In this document: positions 54,067 to 64,000 of the stretch, in pieces
Layout: each line of letters starts with the position of its first letter
Numbering within the stretch: the first letter of the stretch is position 1
Assembly: GCF_006345805.1 (NCBI RefSeq)
Contig: NC_043012.1
Location: 806,001 to 870,000, forward strand
Length of the DNA stretch: 64,000 nucleotides
Reading direction: 5' to 3'
DNA from: Octopus sinensis
Taxonomy: Eukaryota
Made by a program: the position numbers and the translations under genes
Notes under the pieces: model-generated
Database searches by the model: none
The model's input: the letters and a program-made list of their open reading frames with translations, nothing else
Told to the model about the DNA's origin: nothing

Positions 54067-54763
54067 TATAGATAGATAGATAAAATTTACTTGGAAGAGG
54101 ATGCCCTGCTCGACGTTCCTCCTCCTCATCTCTCTTCCCCACCTTTATCGTGTTGGCTCCATCTCCTTAACGGATCTCATGTCATTACTTTTCCCTTTTC
54201 CCTTTTCCCTTTTATTATGAACTTCCATTTAATCTTTCTTATTTCACAGCCCCACGTTTATAGCAGTTCATCTTCTGTGCAGTTGTTATATCACTCTCCC
54301 GTGACTTGTAAACCTTTCTCTCATTCCCTAATCCCTTGAGATATATTTCTCATTTTCTCACCTGTGTGGTAAGAAATTTGCTTCCTAATCATGTGTTTCC
54401 AGGTTCAGTCCCACAGTGTGATGCTTTGGGCAAGTGTCTTCTACTTATAGCCTTGGGCCGACCAAAACCTTATCAGTGGAAATTGGTAGACAGAAACTGA
54501 AAGAAGCCCATTGTATTCCTTCAGTATTCTGCTTTGCTATAACCAGAAATAGTTCTGATGTAAGTATCATTAATTTTTCTAGGTCGTTCAGTTTTCCTCA
54601 GCTGATCGATAGATCAATAGGACAATTGAGTAAACCTACCAATAATAACATACCTATAATGGCTACTGGAAACAGCTGTAAGACAAATTTACACAAACAA
54701 AGAAAAATATGTAATGACGTTTATGTAAACCTTGTCTTATATGTATATATGTATATGCATATG

Positions 54764-54798
<35 letters not shown>

Positions 54799-56474
54799 GG
54801 CCTGCTCACTTAGCCAGCAGGGTGGCGTCATTCGAAGTCTAAAAAAATGCGAATGCATTGTGACCAGCGATGTGTAACTACATCTGATGGACTGGTCGGT
54901 CACGTGATCACGTGATAATATATATATATATAAAACATTACTCCCGTAAATGGTCCTTTTACATACTGAACACTACTTGGTAAAATTATTAATTACTAAT
55001 TAATTAATTTTGCCCTTTATTATTATTGACTATATATATATATATATATATGCTTTCAGTGTGAATGGGTTTTTTTATTATGGCACTGTGATTTACAATC
55101 CTGTAAATAATGATAATGGTATATTCATATAAGCTTAAAGTTTATGGTGATCATCATGAAATGACTTAGGAAAATAGTCTAATAAAAAGGCATATAAGAC
55201 CTCGACAGAAAATAGAAGGCTTTCCTAGCCATTTTCCTATATATGTAAGTATATATATATATATATGTACATATATATATAATAACAAAATAATAAATAA
55301 AACATATGCATATATACATACCTATATGTACGTACCTACATCTATATGTATATATACATGCATATATGGGTACAGGACACCAAAAAAACGTAGAACACAA
55401 TGAGAAACGAAAACATAAAAGCAAAACCAAGGAAATGGACATTTTTTTAAACAACGAAAAAACAGAGTACAAGACATACAACACAAGGAAAATTCCCCTT
55501 CAGCCGCCTCTGCTTCGTCTACTCCGTGTATCGATGGTAATATATGTACATATATATATATATATATATATGTACATATGTATGTATGTATGTACATATG
55601 TATGTATGTATTATTATGTGTGTGGTGGGGTGTACGTGTGTGTGACTGTTTGTTTCTCATCACTGCTTGACAACCAGTGTTTGTGTGTTTGCATCCCTGT
55701 AACTTAGCGGTTTGGCTAAGAGACTGATAGAATAAGTACCGCTTTAAAAAAAAAAAAAAAAATAAGTATCACTGGATTAGTTCATTCAACTAAAAATGCT
55801 TCAAGATGGTGCTCCAGCATGGCCATGGCCACATTCTGTTGACTGAGACAAAAAGAAGGTAAAAAGATTAACAGTAACTCCAATAAGAACAGTCTTGAAC
55901 TCTGATAAACTACCCAACCCTTACTGGAATGTCGGACAGGCTGGTCCAGACCATGTCTGTGTTCTTCTACACAACCTGTTCCTGTTTGTTTCTCCAGTTT
56001 CCTCTCGCTAATCCCTGGCATCCCTCCTTCCCTATCATTATCTTCTGCCTCCTTCACAACCAACCTGATGCTTTATGTTTTCCCCTCTTCTATTTTCTCT
56101 GTTACCATTCTCTTTAAAATAAAACCCGTTCCTTTCCAGCATGGGATGCCCTCATATGTTTTACAAGCTACACAATAAACCCCAACAGTTCTGATGCTCC
56201 CATAAAAGCACCCAACGTGTCCCATGAAGTGGTTGGTATTACGAAAGGAATCTAAGTCTTTAAACCATGGTAAAAACCTGATACTGGAACAAAATTTGAT
56301 CATCTGACCTGTTGGATTATGTTGGACTATTCTACTCCATACCAGCATGGAAACAGATGGAAGATGATGATGATAAAATATATTATATGCATATATTCAA
56401 AATGTGACCGCATGTGTACCGTTGGTGATTTTTTTCCCTCTGTCTTCCCTTCTCTGGATCTTTCCTTCTCCCAT

Positions 56475-56509
56475 GTTTCCGACGAAGAACTCCGCTCGAA
56501 ACGTTAAAC
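56475..56509 (+). ncRNA. Minimal hammerhead-like motif (family P2)
   Basis: GTTT-CCGACGA-AGAACTCCGCTC-GAAAC-GTT-AAAC. Stem I GTTT/AAAC, palindromic ACGT stem III. Confidence 0.5.
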
Positions 56510-56630
56510 CCTCCTTCTCCCTCTTTGCTGAGCGTCCAATAATACTATATTTGTTCCACGTCCTCGCGTTGTTGTGTTTTTTTGTGCTTTCTTGTTTGGA
56601 TTAACTTTATATTATATATATATATATATA

Positions 56631-56699
<69 letters not shown>

Positions 56700-57039
56700 T
56701 GTATGTAGCATGTATACGTACACACATATACATTATATATACATTTATACAACAATAGGTGTTTAGAATTTTTGACAGCTGATTTGGTTGAATTTTATTG
56801 ATGCATTAATTAATTATATCATAACGCATGATTCACCATGCTGCACCCAGAACCAGCTCTTTGAGTCAGATCTGCAGCTTAAATTGGATTTGGTACTTTC
56901 ATATCTACAGTGTCTAACCAACACATGATACCTTCATGGTTGTTTTACTTCACTGTGAATGCTATGTTAATGTACCTAGCCATTTCTGGCATCCTGCGTG
57001 TTGATGTGCCTAGATTCTATTGAATTCTATAGTTATACT

Positions 57040-57074
<35 letters not shown>

Positions 57075-57983
57075 AGCATGTGTTTTTATTGATTGATTGA
57101 TTGATTAAGTGATTAATTGATTTTTCTGAGAGTCAATGTGAACATGTGAATGAGTTTGTGGGTGTTGTGTGTGCATACATTTGCGTATATATAAATATAA
57201 ATACATACATATATTTATATATTTATATATTTATATGCGGGTGTATTATATAATATGTGAGTGTATATATACACACACATACATATACACACACATACAT
57301 ATACACACATATATATTTATATATATTGTTGTAACTCACTTCTTTATATCTTATTGAATTTTTGTATGCATTTGCTTTTTTAACTATACTGTTGTATATG
57401 CACACACACATGCATACACAAACACACACACACACACATATATATGTATACACACACACATATATATATATATATATAATGATTCCACTTATGCATAGCA
57501 CCACTAATAACCAGTTCTTAAAACTCAATAAAATTTTACAGCAAGCCATTAGGTCAGTCCAGAGTGTATTAACAATTAAAAGAAGACACAAAAACAAGAA
57601 TTAAGTAATCATATTCATTGCCTTATAGTTGTTTCTGCTATAAGTAAGCATGCTCCTGGAACTGGATGATCTTCTGATTTATTATTGCTTACTTGGAACC
57701 ATTTAAATGACGGGTAGCTTTATTGGGAGAAGCACTTTAAATACATATCGTCTGACGCAAAAAGAACTACATATACACTTTGAGAGATTTAAACATGAAA
57801 TCACCCTATCCAAAGCCATGTGCATTACACACACATACTCATTCATATATGTGTATATAAACTTATAAAGGCCATGTGTAGAGTTACTCTTATACATGCA
57901 CACAAATGTGTACACATGTATTCTGCTACATACATTTCTATTTATTTATCCATCCATCCATCCATCTATCTATCTGTCAATCA

Positions 57984-58066
<83 letters not shown>

Positions 58067-58134
58067 ATCATCATCACCATCACCATCACCATCATCGTCA
58101 CCACCATCATCACCATCATCATCATCAACATCAA

Positions 58135-58172
<38 letters not shown>

Positions 58173-58323
58173 AGTGCTGCCCCAGTTCTAGTTGTCTGTT
58201 GTGGCAGTGTTTCTATGGCTGGATGCCCTTCCTAATGCCAACCACTTTATTGAGTTTACTAGGTGGTATTTACGTAGCCCAGGCACAGGTGCATTTTACA
58301 CAGATAGATAGGTAAATATATAT

Positions 58324-58398
<75 letters not shown>

Positions 58399-60309
58399 AG
58401 TAGATAGATAAGTAGATAGATAGATGGAGTCAAGTGGTTGGCATTAGTGTGGTAGGATTCTAGCTATAGAAAGCTTATCAAAGAATATATCAGAGCATTA
58501 TGCAGTTCTTTGACTTGTCAGACCCTGTCAAACTGTTCAATCCATGTCAGTATGTAAGCTGAATATTAAATGTTGGAAAGAATACCTTGTGGTATTTGTA
58601 GTGAGAGTCTGAAATCTGAGTTCAAATCCCTCTGGAGTCAGCTTTGCCTCTCATCCTTTCAGGCTCAATAAATAAGTAACAATTCGAAGGTTGGGAGTTC
58701 AATTGAAAGAACTATTACACAGGTCAGGTAAGATACCATGAGGTATCTGTTCTTGTTCTTTGAGTTATAACTGTAATTCCTGCAATACGACTGGCACCAT
58801 TCTCAATTGGCCCAAATCAGAAAATCTTTCTCTTGGATAAGCATCAATGGCTTGATGATAGGAGAACTGCATTAATGAGCAACATCCAGCCTACCTCACA
58901 AATAAAACAAACTATCTTGCTAAGGCTTCACCTACCAGTGTTGATGCTCAGTCATATTTGAGCAACAAAGATTATTGTATAGAAAACTCAGCTCTCTTAA
59001 CCTTATTAATTTCAATAGAGAGAGCTCAGAATTGTTAGAGCCAGTACTGTTCATCATCATCATCATCATTATCGTTTAGCGTCCGTTCTCCATGCTAGCA
59101 TGGGTTGGACGATTCGACCGGGGATCTGGGAAGCCAGAAGGCTGCACCAGGCCCCGGTCTTTTCTGGCAATGTTTCTACAGCTGGATGCCCTTCCTAATG
59201 CCAACCACTCCGTGAGTGTAGTGGGTGCATTTTACGTGCCACCTGCACTGGAGCCAGGTGAGGCTGGCATCGGCCACGGTCGGATTGGTGCATTTTACGT
59301 GCCACCTGCATGGAAGCCAGTCGAGGCGGCACTGGCTTCGGCCACGATTCGGATGGTGCTTTTTACGTGCCACCGACACGGAAGCCAGTCGAGGGGGCGC
59401 TGGTCACAAAATACCTACCTTAGTGCAGAAACAGCTGTTAGTTAGCGAAGTTGTTCTCATTCAGCCATAAAACTTCACTATCGTAAAATATAAGGTTTCT
59501 AAAAGAACAGTACTCAATAAAAATGAATTTCACTCAGCTGCAGTACAGTAGAATGCTTAACTCTGTTACAACTGTAATTAAAGAAAAGGGTGAAGACCCC
59601 CTTTGGTCATGAATGACCATGAGGTTACACCTAGAAAGTTACTCTCTGAGGCACAAGCCCAGGCAAGGTTGTTTATGGAAGACCAGCTGTTGTCCATTGC
59701 ATGCCAATCTCTCCTGCATCCAAGCCACCAATGTTACCCAAGGGAAAGGCACAAAGGCTGATACAGCTTGGCACCAGTAATGTTGCAACTCATTTCTAAG
59801 CTCAGTGAACTGGAGCAACATGAACACAACACACAGCCCGGTCTGGGAATCAAACTTGCTATCTCGTGATTGTGAACCCGACACTCTAACCACTCAGCCA
59901 TGTCGCTTCACTGCTATAGTATGAAGGAAGTTATTGTTTGACAAAAGTCAGCACTAACCCTCTCGCCATCTCTGTCATTATCGGATGCCTGCACCCACCA
60001 TACATGGTCAAAGAGCTTTCAGAATTCAAACATTTACAATTTATACATATAACTTCCTATTGGAAACTGCATTTCCAATCAACTCAGCTGATAGAATATA
60101 ATATTTCCAGACATTCCATACATAACAACCCCTGTCCATTCTTTTGTCCTTTAAAACTCCCTTAAGCTTTCAATTGGTCCATTGGACCTTAAATCTCCTA
60201 GAAAACATGTTACTCTTAAATAAAGAGATAAAAGAAAAATAAATGAACAGGCTTTGATTAAGAGGTTTTTCCAGGAGATTGTCGTGTATACTAACTTGGA
60301 AGTTCTTGA

Positions 60310-60520
60310 AGGCCCATAATTATATTTAAGGGCACTCTAGGGCATGGATGTTAAGGATTTTGTTAAAGAACCATATCTATATTTTTAGAGTATTTTAGGG
60401 CATGCAAGCAAGGAATTTAATGGGAGGACTGCATCTATATTTTTAGAGTATTTTAGGGCATACAAACTAGGGATGTTGTTGAAAGCCCATATCCATATTT
60501 TAGAGCATACAGGAAAGAGA
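60310..60520. repeat. Degenerate ~55-bp tandem repeat (3-4 units)
   Basis: ATCTATATTTTTAGAGTATTTTAGGGCAT occurs twice exactly, with looser flanking copies. Confidence 0.75.
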
Positions 60521-61688
60521 TTTTGTTCAAGGACCAACCCTTTAAGCACAGTCTCTTGAGCTAATGTGAGAGCTGTAATGGGGACACCTGATCTGCTAGA
60601 AAGAACAGCCAAATATTCTTAAACGTACACCCAGCATTCTTAGAAAAAGTCACACTGGACAATCGGATGGTTTTCATTATTATTGTTGTTGTTTAGTAAC
60701 AGATCAAACCCTGACAAAGGTACCAACGAAGATATGACCAAAAGAATTCTAGTCATGATTATCTGTTCTGTTTATTCAACCATAACACATCACAATCATA
60801 TTGTCCGACATGTCATAGCCTTCTTTTCAATGAGATTTAACTGTTATTTCTATTAGACTGAATGACTGTATGGAGATTTCCACATTCTTAGCGTCAGTTG
60901 TATTCTCATAGACCATTCTTCAAAAATCTAGCCTCGAATTTACTGTAATCGAATCAATATTATTACAATCACCTGAAAGTTTGTTGGAGATGTGTCAAAC
61001 TAAACGCATTGCAGTATTTAGATTTGCATCTCTTGATTCTGAGTTCAAATTCCACAAAGGTTACCTATATTTCTTTATCTTTTTTTTTTTTTACTGCTGA
61101 GTTTTTCCAGTTAGTGCTAGCATGGCAATATATTTTAACTTACAGATTATTCATTTATCGTCAATCTTTAATAAATGTCATGTTAATTCTAATGTAAGAA
61201 CATCCTCGTTTGCTCCCACTATAGAAATATCAACAAAACCTTTAAAATATACACTTACTGCCTCAAAAACAGAAGGACACTCAGCAATTATCGGTCATCT
61301 TTTGCCTGTGGAATCTTTTGATTCCTGTTTTACCCAGGGTGACAGGGATCCTCATAGTTATTTGATGTCTAAAATCTTTTATATTTTTATGATCAGATAT
61401 AAGTGTTGGTACCATGTGAAAAGCATCCAGTGTCCACACTGTAAAGTGGTTGGCATTTGGAAGGGCATCCAGCAATAAAAAAATATGCCAAAACTGACCT
61501 CATCTGTGCTTGTGCCACATAAAAGCACTCAGTCCACTCTGGTGGGTGGTTGGTGTTAGGAAGTGCCTCCAATCGTAAAAACCATGCCAAAACAGACATA
61601 GAAGTCTGGTGCAGGCTTCTGCCTAGCTGCTCCTGACAAACCATCCAACCCATGCCAGCATGGAAGGCAGACGTTAAATGATGATGAT

Positions 61689-62335
61689 ACTCTTTACTCT
61701 TTTACTTGTTTCAGTCATTTGACTGTGGCCATGCTGGAGCACCTCCTTTAGTCGAGCAAATCGACCCCAGGACTTATTCTTTGTAAGCCTAGTACTTATT
61801 CTATCAGCCTCTTTTGCCGAACCACTAAGTTACGGGGACATAAACACACCAGCATCGGTTGTTAAGCGATGTTGGGAAGACAAACATATACACACACATA
61901 CATATATATATATATACAAAATAAGAAAATGGAGAATGGAAAATAAGAAAATGTTATTTTGTATTATGAATTTGTGGTAAAACATTTTACCTTTGCCCAT
62001 ATAATACAATAAATGAATTAATTGTATCGCAATTCTTAACATTTATGTATTAACTTTGTTGGGTGCTTTACTGGCAGTATATTGGATATAAGTTATCCCA
62101 TGGAGGGTTGCATTTACAACCCCTATCTCAATTTGTATATATATATATATATATGTATACACACATATACATATATATGACAGGCTTCTTTCAGTTTCCG
62201 TCTACCAAATCCACTCACAAGGCTTTGATCGGCCTGAGGTTACAATAGAAGACACTTGCCCAAGGTGCAACACAGTGGGACTGAACCCGGAACCATGTGA
62301 TTCGTAAGCAAGCTACTTACCACACAGCCTCTCCT
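61689..62335 (-). mobile_element. SINE family A split by a ~270-bp insert in its internal microsatellite
   Basis: Tail at 61689-61890 and head at 62180-62335. Confidence 0.8.
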
Positions 62336-62863
62336 GATAATGATGATGAAGATATTATTAGGAACTGGTATCAAAAAAATGTTTAAATATTTCGTGAATT
62401 GAAGAAATATAACCAGTTTATTGCAGATAAGTTTTAACGCCAAAATCTTATGTGGACCCTCCCCCAAGTGCCATATGGTCCCTGGTTGAGAATAACTGCA
62501 CCAGGTAATGCAGTCTAGGAATGAATGGAATATCAGATTGATAATATTTTGACTGTGTGTCAACTCAAATGGCCCAGTGACATGGAGATAAAAAAGAACA
62601 GTAACAACAGCAACAGCAATAGCAAAAGCTGCTAACGATGTTACATTTTTGAGTCACTGTTCAATATCTGCTGTTTCATTGCTCCATCATCATCATCATC
62701 ATCATCACTATCATCATCATTATCATTATCATCGTTATCGTTATAATAATTGTCATCATTGCCTCCACCACCACAACTGTGACTATGTACATGAATACAC
62801 ACTCATATACAAACACACATATATATATATATCATACAAACATACCTGTGTGTATGTGCACAC

Positions 62864-62903
<40 letters not shown>

Positions 62904-63833
62904 CCCCACTTCCACTTTACAACTGGTGTTCCCATTACTTAGCAGTACAGCAAATGGAGAGAACAATAAAATGAGAACAAAGCAAAAAAAAAGACAATTT
63001 TACGCCGGGGTTGATTACTTTGATTAAAGTTCTCCTGTGGAATGCTCCAGCATGGCCACAGTGCAATGAAAGATAAGAGATATGAAAATAAGCAGTGTAT
63101 CATCATCAACATCATCACAATCTTCATTGTTGTCATCATTGTCATAGCTGTCATCGTTGTCATCGTCATCATCACCACCACCACCACCACCACCACCACC
63201 ATCATTATTATCTTCGTCATCAGTTGTCCAGCAATGGGAGCAGGGGGGGGGACAATGCAGGCACACACACATACACACACAAACACACGCACACACATAC
63301 ACACACGCACACACACACACACACACATACATATTCGACAGGCTTCTTTCAGTTTCTGTCTACCAAATCCACTCGCAAGGCTCTAGAAGACATTTCCCCA
63401 AGACATTTCCCCAAGGTGCCATGCAGTGGGACTGAACCCAGAGCCATGTGGTTGGGAAGCAAGTGTCTTACCACATAGCCATGCCTGTATATGTAAAAAT
63501 GTATGTATATATAGATGTATGGCATTTATGAGTGTGTGTCTTTGTATCTGTGTATGTCCCCCACTACAGCTTGATAATAGGTGGTGGTATGTATGTGAGC
63601 CCGTAACATAGTGGTTCTGCAAAGGAGACCTATAAAATAAGCATCAAGCTTTAAAAAAATAAATACTGCGGTCAATTTGGTCGACTAAAAATTTTTCAAG
63701 GGGATGGCCCAGCATGAAAGAAGGAGGATTTAACGTTTTAAGCGGAGCTCTTTGTCATAAACATAGAAAAAGGAAAGATCCAAGGAAGGGAAGACGGAGG
63801 AAAAAATTCGCCAACGATACACAACACAGTCAC

Positions 63834-63871
<38 letters not shown>

Positions 63872-63879
63872 CTATAATT

Positions 63880-63919
<40 letters not shown>

Positions 63920-64000
63920 ATATGTATATATGAGTGCAGGAGTGGCTGTGTGGTAAGTAGCTTGCTTACCAACCACATGGATCCAGGTTCAGTCCCTCCT

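Overview
AT-rich eukaryotic non-coding DNA. The microsatellite load ((TA)n, (CA)n, (TATG)n, (GATA)n) and SINE families resemble those of octopus/cephalopod genomes; this assignment is inferred from memory of those families, not from a search. Most ORF-track entries are microsatellite read-throughs. No intact host gene, rRNA, tRNA or CRISPR array could be supported. Supportable features are: (1) a 3.1-kb Mag-type Ty3/Gypsy LTR element with near-identical 238-bp LTRs, a 5-bp TSD, PBS and PPT, but with protease and RT deleted; (2) a Penelope-like (PLE) GIY-YIG endonuclease fragment; (3) a decayed RTE-LINE RT fragment; (4) dozens of tRNA-derived SINE copies, several with clear TSDs, including dimers and tail-swapped variants; (5) a hAT MITE, a Helentron/HINE-like element and a foldback element with nested SINEs; (6) a near-identical 1261-bp tandem duplication and a 100-N gap. 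The most interesting signal is a set of short PLE-end-like modules carrying minimal type I hammerhead-ribozyme-like cores. These usually run into (TA)n tracts, and several carry a 5' inverted copy of themselves, forming 62-140 bp near-perfect hairpins.
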